The notes under the pieces were generated by a model. It ran no database searches. It saw only the letters and a program-made list of their open reading frames with translations, and was not told the DNA's origin. Source: Epithemia pelagica (lineage: Eukaryota > Protista > Bacillariophyta). From it: a DNA stretch of 64,000 nucleotides. The position numbers and the translations under genes were made by a program. The stretch is taken from the NCBI GenBank assembly GCA_946965045.2, contig OX337239.1, positions 3,224,001 through 3,288,000 of the forward strand, in the 5' to 3' direction. Shown piece after piece: positions 23,349-34,290 of the stretch (position 1 is its first letter; each line of letters begins with the position of its first letter).

Positions 23349-24650
23349 CCGTTTATTTCTCGAGTGGTTGACTTGTTTTCTACATTCGATTGCAATACTA
23401 GAACCTAGTATTAAGTGTTTACTCAAAAGTAGAAAGAACATGTTGCAAGAAAGAAGGTGCTTGTTTGTTATGGAAGGATCGATCCCACTTTTATATCTCT
23501 ACAAGTGGTACTGCGCTTCGGCCATTACCTGTTTCCTGTCAGTTGTGGGACAGTGCCACCACCGTGGCTGTGTAGTCGTGAGACTAGAATCGGGTACTTT
23601 GTGGTGGCGTCATGGCACTCTACATAACACAGCGTGGTCCATGGAATGGTAGCTGTGGCACAACCAATGAGAGGAGCAGGAACAGAAGCACACCAAGGCG
23701 AAACCTTGTTGGACCTGATGTTGTCCGCTTCGAATGGTTCTTCCTCGAAAGATGACAATGGGTCGACTTTGGATGGAAGTAAGGAGGGAGGACCATCTCA
23801 TATCCAATTCCGACGTTTTGGTCAAGAGCAGGTTGTCCCTTTCGGAGGAGTCACCGCTCCAATCGCAATGCCTTCTTCTAGTTGCTGTTGCATGTGAATC
23901 GCAATACGTTGCTGCACTTGTCATGTGATGTCAAGCCGGAATGGCCCAATGAAGATGACGAGTCCAAGAGGAACCCACCAAATCAGATCGAGGGTCGTCC
24001 CAATTGTCGCAATGGACCAGAACGAAAACAAGGAATCGAGTCTCGACGTTGCGACGAGACAGACAGGACACCTCCCCCCACCACTACTTTCTGTCGCAGC
24101 ATTGCTCGTTCAACTGCTCATGCCTGGAAACATGCCGCTCTCCATCGCGATGTCTTGCCCCTCAATGCCAGTTCCACCGAAACCTTGTTGCACGACAACA
24201 ACGCTGTCGAACAGCAGTGTTGGACCTTGACCACTACATCCTTTGTGCATCGTACCGAACTCAGCAGCAGCACCAACAACACAACCACGACAACGAATGC
24301 CGCCGATCATGTCTTGGCCATTATGGAAGCCTTGCCACCCACACCGTATGAATGGTTGTTGGTGTTGGAACACGAGTCGCCCGAGGCGGTTGTGGTCGAA
24401 TGGTTTTGCTCGTCGCAGTCGGAATGGCGAAATTCGTGTATATGCTCGGAGCTATACCTGATCGAACCAAGTATCCATGACGGTGAGCGTTTGCTGTGGC
24501 AACGGTTGATTGTTTTCTTGCCTTGAGGAGAATGTGGTCGGAACAGGGCTCGATGGTTCGGACGTCAATGGCAAAAAGGGTTGTGGGTAAGTAAAAGTCT
24601 GGGAAACCTTGTGGTGTGAGACTGCCTGAACAACCAGTATGTGGTAAGTC

Positions 24651-24862
24651 TACTTTAATAGCTGAGGGTGGACGAGGAGGAGCTAGGGTGTGAGGAGTGG
24701 CTCAGCTCCGAGAAGGGCAATAGCGACGAGGAGTGGACTGCCCCTGTGAGATCCGCGTAAGCGGATCGAGGGGGCAGTCCACGACGAGAAGCTATTGCCC
24801 GACGAGGAGTTAAGCCACGAGGAGCGCCCTGCGATGAGGAGTCCCTCAGGGCTATTAAAGTA
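24651..24862 (+). ncRNA. Candidate structured RNA (or ssDNA) element: 212-nt rod-like hairpin with GA-rich symmetric internal loops and GUAA tetraloop
   Basis: Perfect stems 24651-62/24851-62, 24715-24/24791-800, 24733-44/24771-82, 24750-56/24761-67; near-perfect 24698-709/24806-17 and 24685-90/24825-30. The fold is read from sequence; transcription is not shown. Confidence 0.5.
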
Positions 24863-25195
24863 TGTTAGCTTCCTTTGTCACGAGGAGTCGTGCCAGCGCA
24901 CCCAAGGTAATTTTCGATCATATTAAGTGATCGGTTCTCTGAATGGATACTTAGTAGTCGTGAGCCTAATTAGTGTTACACATTTAGGCAGGCCTAATTT
25001 TTGATAGGGCACTAGGTAATCTTCAATTCTTTGTAAATAACCGCGTCAAATAAGTGATCACATCCGATTACATCGGATGATTTATAACGGTTTACCCTAA
25101 GTATCATTCGTTTTACATATGTAGAAAGCCAATCAATTTCCGAGGCGTGATTGTTGTATAAATAAGATAACAGAATACTTGGAGTCAATGTTTGT

Positions 25196-25230
25196 CCCCC
25201 ACCCACACCCACCCCCACCCCGACCCGACC
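25196..25230 (-). other. Potential G-quadruplex (minus strand GGGTCGGGGTGGGGGTGGGTGTGGGTGGGGG)
   Basis: Six tracts of three or more G with short linkers. Confidence 0.55.
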
Positions 25231-26439
25231 ACAACCACACTGATTAAACGACACAACAACTATTTTTCATGATTACACTAGAATAAAAACTCTAAGTACA
25301 GTAATTTTTGGGGCTTAGGTAGTGTGAGTGTGGCGAGTGACTCACTCCTCAGTGAGTGGGGAAGGGCACGACGACGGTAGAACGACGAGTGGTGAAGGTA
25401 GAATTCAACACCCACCAAGAATCGGACATGTGCACCACGGCCAAATCGGACGTCAGGTCAGCGAGACGTTTTACCTGGAACACGGCAAACTCAAAGGTTA
25501 AGTGATGATTGTCCGTCAGAACACCAAACCGCGCGGTGGAACCTGACCAATTCGACTACGCAATGTGAGATATTGGCCATCTTGCTTCTTCTGGGCGATA
25601 AAGAGAGCGGCGTAGCATCCCAATTCCCGACTGTCGCAAGGTCTTGAGTGGCATTCAATCGTGCCACGATGTGGGACGTTGAGACTTTGTCATTGTCTCT
25701 TCAAGGTCCTGCTGCTATTGTCTTGAGGCAGAGCCGCAGTCGTCATCATCCTGCTAGTCATCATGGTTGCTTGATGAAGCCAGGGAAAAGCTTGACTGGT
25801 GGTGGTCGTTGTAGGGAGGGGAGGTGTCTTGTTGGTGTGTGGTTATTGGTGAAAGCAACCTCACCACTCGTTGTTCTGCCACAGCTGAGTGACCGTTGAC
25901 CAAACTCGAGGCCTGTTCCACTCCTGTACATTCCTGACCCATCCGCAGATGCAACCGTCCACAATTGGATTTGTTCATTGCAAAGGCTGGTTTCTCTTAA
26001 TTGTCGTGACAGTGGGGTCCTCATCTGGTTTGGCTCTATAAAAGGCTGTCGGTCGTTTTGATGTAACATGTAACATGGCTTTCGGATGGAACAATGTCTT
26101 TTGCCCAAATTCCTTATGCTAGTCAACGAAAGACATGAGGATACTTCGACGCCTTGTTCTTGTGGATGTTGTCCATCGTTTGGTTTTGGGAACAGACGCG
26201 CATCTTTTGGGGAAAGATACGCTGTGCTTGCTGTGGTCCTGTCATGAAGTCTATGTGCGATATCGTACGTACGACAGACGCTCTCTGGGCTCCAAAGCTT
26301 CCACGTGTATTCTACTGTAAGAGTCCTCTCGCTTCCATCCATCGATCCATATTCCATATATTACCAAAACAACTCACAACAGCCGCAAAAGCACTCTTCT
26401 GTGATCCACATAAATTCTGCAGTCAAAACGTTTGGAAGC

Positions 26440-27591
26440 ATGCCCATGACATTGAAAGAACAAGCATGGCAGTCGGGCCTTGTCTTATCGGACGACACAG
26501 CAGAATGGAATGAAAACGATTGGCCTCCTCTCGAGGGTGGATGGCGTTGGTTTCATACATCGGTCGTACTGAATCATCCCGATAACAACCAAGAACAAAC
26601 CGTCGTCGTGTTGGGTGGATATCGACCACGTCAAGGCGAGCTCGATTCCATTCATGTATTAAACTTGGCAGAATCAAACAAGCAGTGGCGAGAAGGGCCG
26701 TCCATGGACAAGAAACGTGGGCATCATGCCGCTGTTGTGTGCAATGGCGGCGTCTACGTGATGGGAGGATACTCTGAAGGTTCATGTTTGAATTGTATCG
26801 AACGAATTGATGCCAATTATTTGCTGCATTCATCCTTCACAACCAGCAGCACACACGAGATCCAATGGACGACATTGACATGTCGCTTATCAACGCAACG
26901 AAGAGGATGTTGTGCGGTTGCGGTGCACAGCCGGTATATCGTTTTAATGGGTGGCTACAACGGTGGCTACAACGATGGTTATTTGTCGTCGGTGGACATT
27001 CTTGATACCAGGAATCACATTATCACTGCTGGACCGTCCATGACTGTTCCACGACAATATTGTGCCAGTGCGGTTATTGGTCATCGCATCTTTGTCGTTG
27101 GAGGTTGGAACGAGCGTGGCAATCTTGACGCGGTGGAGTATTTGGACTATACAACACCCTGTGACAGTGATGAGACAAAAAAGGAAACTGGTTCGACTTT
27201 CATATCTTCCTCGTCCACTTGGATCACTCATTCGGCGTTGAGGCTTTCCAATGCACGAGGTTCCTGTGCAATGGTTGCCGTGGGATCTTGTCTCGTCGTG
27301 GCAGGAGGACAAAACATTCGAACCGTGGAAATCTTGGATACGAACCGCAACCACGTGTGGAATCTCCCACCATTCGGAAATCACCATCATGGCTGCTCTA
27401 TGGTGACTGTTGCCAATCAACTTGCCGTGATTGGTGGACGTCGGAATCCTTCATGTGCAACATTACCACTAATGGATCGGAATTCGTGGTGTTTTCGCCG
27501 TCTCTGTGAACAGCAACTTAGCGGGTGGCATCTTTTTCGGGAAGGAATGGACATTTCGTCCTTCTCCACCTCGAGATCAAAATCTGAATGA
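26440..27591 (+). CDS. Kelch-repeat protein K6 (short C-terminal tail, no KRxR motif)
   Basis: ATG 26440 (MPMTLKEQAW); six blades; ends SRSKSE. Confidence 0.9.
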   Translation: MPMTLKEQAWQSGLVLSDDTAEWNENDWPPLEGGWRWFHTSVVLNHPDNNQEQTVVVLGGYRPRQGELDSIHVLNLAESNKQWREGPSMDKKRGHHAAVVCNGGVYVMGGYSEGSCLNCIERIDANYLLHSSFTTSSTHEIQWTTLTCRLSTQRRGCCAVAVHSRYIVLMGGYNGGYNDGYLSSVDILDTRNHIITAGPSMTVPRQYCASAVIGHRIFVVGGWNERGNLDAVEYLDYTTPCDSDETKKETGSTFISSSSTWITHSALRLSNARGSCAMVAVGSCLVVAGGQNIRTVEILDTNRNHVWNLPPFGNHHHGCSMVTVANQLAVIGGRRNPSCATLPLMDRNSWCFRRLCEQQLSGWHLFREGMDISSFSTSRSKSE

Positions 27592-29606
27592 ACAATGACC
27601 AGTATGTACTAAAAGGCAAGGATGAAACTTGAAATGGGCAACATATTGCACTGATGTCCTGCAAAAGGGGATACATTATATAGTGTAATCTTTTTGTTCT
27701 GAAACTATTGCTCTAGTGTTTGCATGGCATTGCAAACTATTGAGATATTCATGTACCATCGGTGTAGTAGAAATGAGATTGTGTGACACAGCGTACGGCA
27801 GGGAACGTGATTTCTCGAAACGACGAAAGCCATGGATTATCGAGAGCTTTGCTTTGTGTTGAGTGTTTCTGTCGTCGTGGCCCTTGTTTTGCCAGCCCCT
27901 AGGGATTATGCACATGAAGCGGTCGCTTCTTTTGGCTGGACTCCAAACTTCGATAAGAGTCACAAACTTATCACTCTGACTGTAAGAATAAAATTTGTTC
28001 TATTCTCTGACGGAGCGACGATTATCCCCGTATTTGCCTGGACTGTAAAAGGACGTTGGGATTTGCCATGTGTCCGACTATAAAGTCAAGAGCAATCACA
28101 GGACAATCTTCGCACACCCCTTCAATCACGGTATGGGGATCGAAACGACCCACCCTCTCCACTTCATGTTCCTGAAATTCTTGTTTCAAATCTTTTGGAA
28201 TCAATCCCAAGTACCAATAGTGACCTTCGCAAACTTGAGCAATCGAACCCGATACTGACTACTTGGCATTTGGTGAAGGTTCTTGGATATTACGTGTCTA
28301 CCAAGGATTGCACATGCCAGCAATAATGGAAAAACGGAGACGATGCACGACGACGTTCCACAGAGATGCCTTGCACTGGTACCGACGGGAGGACAAACAT
28401 TTGTTGTCTAACCATCCAAGTGACATTTCAAGCAGTCGATGATGACTCATCGTCAATCATTGGATTGAAGACGATTCGACAGAGGACGAGCCATGGGCAA
28501 AGATGCGGACAACATTGAGAAAAGAGAGATTTGTCGTTTCCCAATGAGAGAATGAGTCGAGGCCTCGTCTGCGGCCTGCTTGGCCATCGTCAACATCCGT
28601 TGTTGCAGTTGAAGCAAGGTAAGGTTGGTACAGCATGTCGATCGGCCGGTATACACCAACTCGCCATTCCGACAAGAAAGGTTCCATCGCTTCGCGAAGC
28701 AACCGATGCAGCACGGATTATATGGCGTAACCGATGAGACAACAATTGTATGGCTTGTCTATGACTCGTGAGAAACGTCTTGCACTGGTCCGCCAGGTTA
28801 CGAGCCCAAATTGAGGTGCCCATCCATATTGCCAGTGCCACGGCTCAAGAATTCAGAACGGCAATGGCACGGAGCAGCCACCATCCACCATAGGCCATAG
28901 GGTATCATTGGCAAGAGTGACTCCCCATCGAGAGTTTTCGCATCTTTTGGCGGATCTTTGCTCTCAGTAGATTGGAGAGATTCGCATTCGAACTTGCCGG
29001 TCCATGCAAACTCTCATGCTCCACCACCATTCGTCCTTTCATGTTGGGACTGATCCTGGGCCTCGCCATTCAATTGTCACGGATTGAAGGAGGCCACTTC
29101 ATGGTTGTTGTCCTCAATCATCGCTTCTTGAAGAGACATGTTGGTAAAATTGATTGATAAGGTCAAGTCGTCGTCGTCCTCATCATCGCCGTCATCATCG
29201 TCGATAATAGTCCCCAGCGGCAACGGGGGTGAGGAGTGGGGTCGCATGTGTGTCGTGCTTTTGATGTTCACACTTCAGACTACTCATTCACTAATCCTCA
29301 TGACTCACCCCCGCGGTGGGTTTTTGTACATCCAAAAAGCCTGTACTTACAATCCTTAGGCTATCTCCACCCGAGCGCCGCTATGCTGACGTATTCGAGC
29401 TTTCTGATTGGCCTCGCTATCCGGATAGCGGGTTAGCGGAGCCAAGAGGAAATGAACTCCACGATCTCCGTTATACAATAGTGCCGCTATTGATAAGGCA
29501 TTTGCAAATTCACATATGCCCTATCTTGTTTCGGTTAAAGAATGAGAGGGGAGAGGAGTCATCAAACAATAGTCAGCAAGAACAGACCAAAGTTTGCTCA
29601 AAAAAG

Positions 29607-30941
29607 ATGGAGGACTCGTTGGATGAACTGTTGGAGCTGCTCCAACAGGAGGCAGATGTTGACATTGGTGTAGCTTCTACAGTTGCATCTGACCTCCTGG
29701 AACAACATACTAGCACCCAACATGGTGGTTCGCCTAAAGGAAAGGCACCAAACAAGAGTCGTGACTTTGACGAAGCGTACAAGCGATTGGTGCGCAATTA
29801 CTTTGATGGAGAAAACTCCATCTACGACGAGGCAGACTTTGAGCGTCGGTTCCGATTACCCCGCGCAGTTTTCAATCAGATATACAACCAACTTTATGGT
29901 AGTGGTTGCTTCACGCAACATTACATGCTTGATGGACGTCCTGGGATCAACCCACTTGTGCGTCTTGTGGCTTGCTTTCGGAAGATTGCTTATGGAGATG
30001 CTGATGACAGGGAAGATGAAAATCTTTGCTTGTCTGAGTCGGTCTTACATGAATCCTTTGAGCAATTCTTATCCCTTATCAAACAACATTTTGCCAAAGA
30101 CTATTTAAATCGCCAACCTTCGTCTTCGGAAAAGGAGCACGCGTTGAAGAAAAATGCTGCTCGTAACTTCCCAGGTTGCTTTGCGTCATGGGATTGCAAG
30201 CATTTCAATTGGGAAAACTGTCCTAAAGCTTGGGAAGGGCAAGTCCGTGGAAAGGAGGGTGTCACCACTCTTGTATTGGAAGCAATTTGTGATCCTGACT
30301 TGTACATTTGGTTTTTCTTTTTTGGGCAACCAGGGACTTTGAACGACATAAACATTCTGGATAAGAGTTCCATAGTTGGCGCAATGGTGAATGGCTCCTT
30401 TGATTTTTCATGTCCCGCTCCATACAAGATAGGACCAAATTGGAGAGACTACATGTACTTCTTGGTGGATGGTATCTATCCAGACTGGTCCATTTTCATT
30501 GATTCCTGTCAGGGCTCTGATGAAGAAAAGCTCAAGTATTTTTCATCATGTCAAGAAGCCGTCCGTAAAGACATTGAACGCTGTTTTGGTGTTCTGGTTA
30601 AGAGGTTCCATATTCTCAAGCGACCTCTGCGGTTCTGGACCCGATCAAAAATTGGAGATGTGTTGGATTGTTGTATTATCCTACACAACATGTGTGTCGA
30701 GCATGGACGTGGCACGGATCCGATGGATGTCGATAGCGAAAACATGGCGTTCAATGCCGAGACAGATGAAGTCGTGTCGTTGTTTGGTGCACCAGCCGAG
30801 GAAGTTGGTGCTGTCGGAGGAAGTGGAATTCAAGCCATTCTCCAGCATGCTCATTTGCAGGAGAATATCCAGGACTCGCAACAAAAAATATCCCTAAAAG
30901 GCGACCTGATTGAACATGCATGGTCTAAACGTAACGGGTAG
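29607..30941 (+). CDS. Harbinger/PIF DDE transposase (~444 aa)
   Basis: ASWDCKHF (D), GTLNDINIL, YFLVDGIYP (D), RKDIERCFGVL (E), CIILHNM. The ORF-track start at 29316 lies outside the TIR, so ATG 29607 is preferred. Confidence 0.9.
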   Translation: MEDSLDELLELLQQEADVDIGVASTVASDLLEQHTSTQHGGSPKGKAPNKSRDFDEAYKRLVRNYFDGENSIYDEADFERRFRLPRAVFNQIYNQLYGSGCFTQHYMLDGRPGINPLVRLVACFRKIAYGDADDREDENLCLSESVLHESFEQFLSLIKQHFAKDYLNRQPSSSEKEHALKKNAARNFPGCFASWDCKHFNWENCPKAWEGQVRGKEGVTTLVLEAICDPDLYIWFFFFGQPGTLNDINILDKSSIVGAMVNGSFDFSCPAPYKIGPNWRDYMYFLVDGIYPDWSIFIDSCQGSDEEKLKYFSSCQEAVRKDIERCFGVLVKRFHILKRPLRFWTRSKIGDVLDCCIILHNMCVEHGRGTDPMDVDSENMAFNAETDEVVSLFGAPAEEVGAVGGSGIQAILQHAHLQENIQDSQQKISLKGDLIEHAWSKRNG

Positions 30942-30949
30942 GTTAATCA

Positions 30950-31909
30950 CTAAATACTAGTTGCAAGCTGGTTGAGTGCAACCGCCACTTCAGATTCATC
31001 GCCGTCCATAATTTCTGTAGAGTTAGTGCTTTCTTCTGGGTCATTTTCATTGTCACCTTCGTTTGTACCAGGTTCATTTTCTTTTTCACCTTCACCAGCG
31101 CTAGACAGGTTTTGTCCATATTTACGCAAGGTTTCTTCAAGAAGCTGTTGCTTGAGTTGGTAAACTTGGTCCTTGTGAGTCTCACCACACAATGAGATAA
31201 CGCTCTTCAGCTGTGCCAGACGCCCAATGCTCTCTAACTGTTTATTACGGTGCTCGATAGCAAGGCGGAGTCTCTTTGCTTCTTCAAGCCGTTCTCGTGT
31301 CTCATCAGTCTTTTTGTTCTTGAGCATTTTTGATTTTGCCATGTCTCGACCACCAGGACGACTCTTGCTGTTGGGCTTAGGAGTAGATGCCACTTGTTCC
31401 GCGTCTGCTGAGGAATCAAAAACGGAGTCCGTCACGTCGTCATCCTCTCCAGAGTTGGACGAAGAGGACTCGGCAACAGCAAATTTAGGGATATCTTTTA
31501 ATTCGATCCATGCCAGATAGTTGGGCCACTGGCATGCATCAAAGCTCTTGAAAAGGTAGGAAGGAAGCGAACTTTTTTTGAGGTGAATCGCCACTGCCAT
31601 GTTTATTTTCTGTTGCTTGTCCACACCACTTAGATTTGCTCCTTCGACCAACCGCAACACACTGTTGAACTTCTGGATGTCTGCGAAAACTCTATCACGC
31701 AAATGTCCAAAAATGGACGCGGTGGAGCGATAGTGGTAGCATTGTTTGTCGCAACCATGTGGGGCAAGTGCTGCAATGTTTACTTTTACCTTTTCACGGA
31801 ATATATCAGCTTTCTGGTCAGCACCAGAAATAGGGTCGGCAGAGGCCCTCTTCCACGCAAGTGCAGCAATGCGCTTTTCTTCAGGTGACCACACAGACCC
31901 ACGACCCAT
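30950..31909 (-). CDS. Harbinger ORF2, Myb/SANT-like (trihelix-type) DNA-binding protein, 319 aa
   Basis: N-terminal MGRGSVWSPEEKRIAALAWKRASADPISGADQKADIF, plus a basic RPGGRDMAK segment and a coiled coil; position matches the second gene of Harbinger elements. Confidence 0.82.
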   Translation of the reverse strand: MGRGSVWSPEEKRIAALAWKRASADPISGADQKADIFREKVKVNIAALAPHGCDKQCYHYRSTASIFGHLRDRVFADIQKFNSVLRLVEGANLSGVDKQQKINMAVAIHLKKSSLPSYLFKSFDACQWPNYLAWIELKDIPKFAVAESSSSNSGEDDDVTDSVFDSSADAEQVASTPKPNSKSRPGGRDMAKSKMLKNKKTDETRERLEEAKRLRLAIEHRNKQLESIGRLAQLKSVISLCGETHKDQVYQLKQQLLEETLRKYGQNLSSAGEGEKENEPGTNEGDNENDPEESTNSTEIMDGDESEVAVALNQLATSI

Positions 31910-32312
31910 GTTTTCTGTTTGATTGTTTTATGAAGGAGGCATAGAAAACACAACCATGAAACCCAAGAGATGGCATGCGATCGCTACCATGCCATCTCTT
32001 CGGCGGGAGAGATTCAAAAACACAACAGAATACACAAACCCACGACCGATGTTTTCTGTTTGATTGTTTTATGAAGGAGGCATAAAAAACACCAGCATGA
32101 AACCCAAGAGATGCCATGCGATCGCTACCATGCCACCTCTTCGGCGGGAGAGATTCAAAAACACAACAGAATACACAGACCCACGACCGATGTTTTCTGT
32201 TTGATTGTTTTATGAAGGAGGCATAAAAAACACCAGCATGAAACCCAAGAGATGCCATGCCATCGCTACCATGCCACCTCTTCGGCGGGAGAGATTCAAA
32301 AACACTACAGAA
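31891..32312. repeat. Three tandem copies of a 141-bp unit, each with an internal inverted repeat
   Basis: TTTTCTGTTT recurs at 31911, 32052 and 32193. Copy 1 has a perfect 13-bp IR AAGAGATGGCATG / CATGCCATCTCTT (31965-77 / 31988-32000). Confidence 0.93.
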
Positions 32313-34290
32313 CCAAATGAAGGGGACGCTGTTGGCATCATGCGTTGATTTATTTATGCCTACGGTTACCGCGATCCGCTATTTTTCCTGCTATTGGGGG
32401 CCCCAAATAGCGGCAAAAATAGCGGATAGGGGAGCTGTTTAGCGGTTAGAGGAGGTGGTGGAGTTCAATAGCGGTATTTGGACCATTAGCGGCCCCGGGT
32501 GGAGATAGCCTTAGGACAGTAAAAGCTATCAGAAACGCTAGAGGAATGTTTCGTGGCGTGGAGAACAACAGATCGACTGATATGACGACGAATCACCATG
32601 TGAATGTGGACGAGACGAACCTATTGTGTTGATTCACTCCGCTCCTCGCATGGTCCTGCAAATCGCAACCCATCACCACCAACGCAACAGACTCCAGCAT
32701 ATAATATAGAATGTCGTTCCAACAGCAATGGCCGCCTGCAATAGAACCACACCACAAGTGCCACCATCCCACCAATTGCTCTCGTCAGGGACGCTTCTGA
32801 CTGTCGAATCCAAGCAGGGTGAATCAAGAAACTCCCTTTGTTATGAAATGTATCCATTACAGGCCAACCACACACTCCCAGTGGCGCAACAATACTCATG
32901 TCTCGATCATCCATGTCCAGTGCACTGTCGTCGTTATTTGCCACCAACAAGGTGCTGACACTGTCATCGACGGACCCACCGCGAGCTTCTCTGCCCACCA
33001 CTTCGTACCGGTTGAAACGCAACAAAGCTGTGGAGCCTTTCTTGCTTGGCATTGTTGTGACGGATGCTGTCAATGTCAAACAGATCATGACGACAATGCA
33101 CTCCATCACCCATGGCAAAAGGCAAGTGGCAACAGGAGCCACAACCACAACGGAACCTTCATTGCTGTTTCAGGCATTTTCCTTTCATGCTTCAAGGCCA
33201 GCAACTTGATTGTTCTTTTTGACACCTTTCTTGTTATTCCAAAAGAGTACTACTCCAAAGGTTCGTGGTGGTCGTCACAAAGACGCCACTGGCTTCACAA
33301 CGCCAAAATCGCCACTTTTGTGTGTGGGACCCACCAATACAGTGTGTTTGTTTGGGAATGGCAACAAGCCATGGTTCCTTCCGGCAATGAGAGTATCGTG
33401 CCATTATTCTTCGAGTCGAGAGGATGATGGAGGAGCCACCTGCACTATCGGTATACTAATTCCCAAGGGCGTTTGGCAAAGCTCGGGCAAAAAGGAATGG
33501 CGGCAAGCACAACAATCATTGCAGTCATAGTCATGGGAGTTACAGTCGATCATATTTTCTCGGCAACTGGAGAGAAATCTCAAGATCAGTGTCTTCCTTT
33601 TGCGACAGAAGAGCCTCGAAAGAGTCCGCTCAAGGCGCAGACGTGGCCTGTGCGAAATGGTCGAGTCATTGTTTGTTACTCTGAATCGACCAAGCGTAAC
33701 AATCATGAGGGAGGGGTATCCTCTTTTGGTTTACAGGCCGAGGAAAAGTGTTCTGTCATGATTGAAATTCTTGTCTCGTGTAATCCACTTCGCCATCCCT
33801 CTAGAAGACGTGTAGTTGTGGTTATCAAAAGGAAAGGCTCAAAAAGTAGAATTTGCAAAGAGATCCTGCAGTCATCAGCGTTCTTCTCTGGTTTGGCTAC
33901 CGGCAGCAATAAGGCTGCCACACGCCACAACCAACCAGAGAGAGAGAGTCTCGTCGCACGAAAAACCTATGGATGCAACACAAGGAGACAGAGAAATAGA
34001 GAGGAGCTATGCATACCAGTGGTTCTGTGTCTTGCCATGAGGTTTATTTCGGTATCCAAAAACTTTTCCACGATACTCCCAAGAGGGATGCGTGGTCTTC
34101 TTCATTGTGTGGCTACGGTCACGATTTGTCTCGTGACGAAAGCGACCCATCTTTGGTCTATCCATTTCGTGAAATCAGTCGTGCTTCCAGTCCGCACCCA
34201 TCCGAATCACAGGAGCAAAGCAAAACCACTAACCGCTTACAATACAGTGCCTCGGCCCTTACAAATTCTGCAGTCGAAACGTTTGCAACA

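Larger units (their letters stand above)
29359..32510. mobile_element. PIF/Harbinger DNA transposon, apparently complete (3152 bp)
   Basis: Perfect 15-bp TIR GGCTATCTCCACCCG (29359-29373 / 32496-32510); TTA TSD (29356-58 / 32511-13); two convergent ORFs; flanks join up in the paralog at ~63830-63910. Confidence 0.95.

Noticed and set aside
24651-24862. Hammerhead ribozyme, SRP RNA or MITE identity for the long hairpin
   Set aside because: No CUGANGA/GAAA core, no SRP helix-8 motif, no TSD, and loop motifs are direct rather than inverted.
25180-25330. Telomere-like C-rich tract
   Set aside because: Irregular CCCA/CCGA runs, no TTAGGG array.
27832-28083. 83-aa ORF with signal-peptide-like start and ASF motif
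   Set aside because: Paralogous flanks near 13080 and 61870 do not keep the frame.
29316-29606. 541-aa version of the Harbinger transposase
   Set aside because: Its start lies outside the left TIR and reads through subterminal repeats.
31891-32312. Palindromic repeats resembling a CRISPR array
   Set aside because: Whole 141-bp units are near-identical (no unique spacers), no cas genes, and the array lies inside a eukaryotic transposon.
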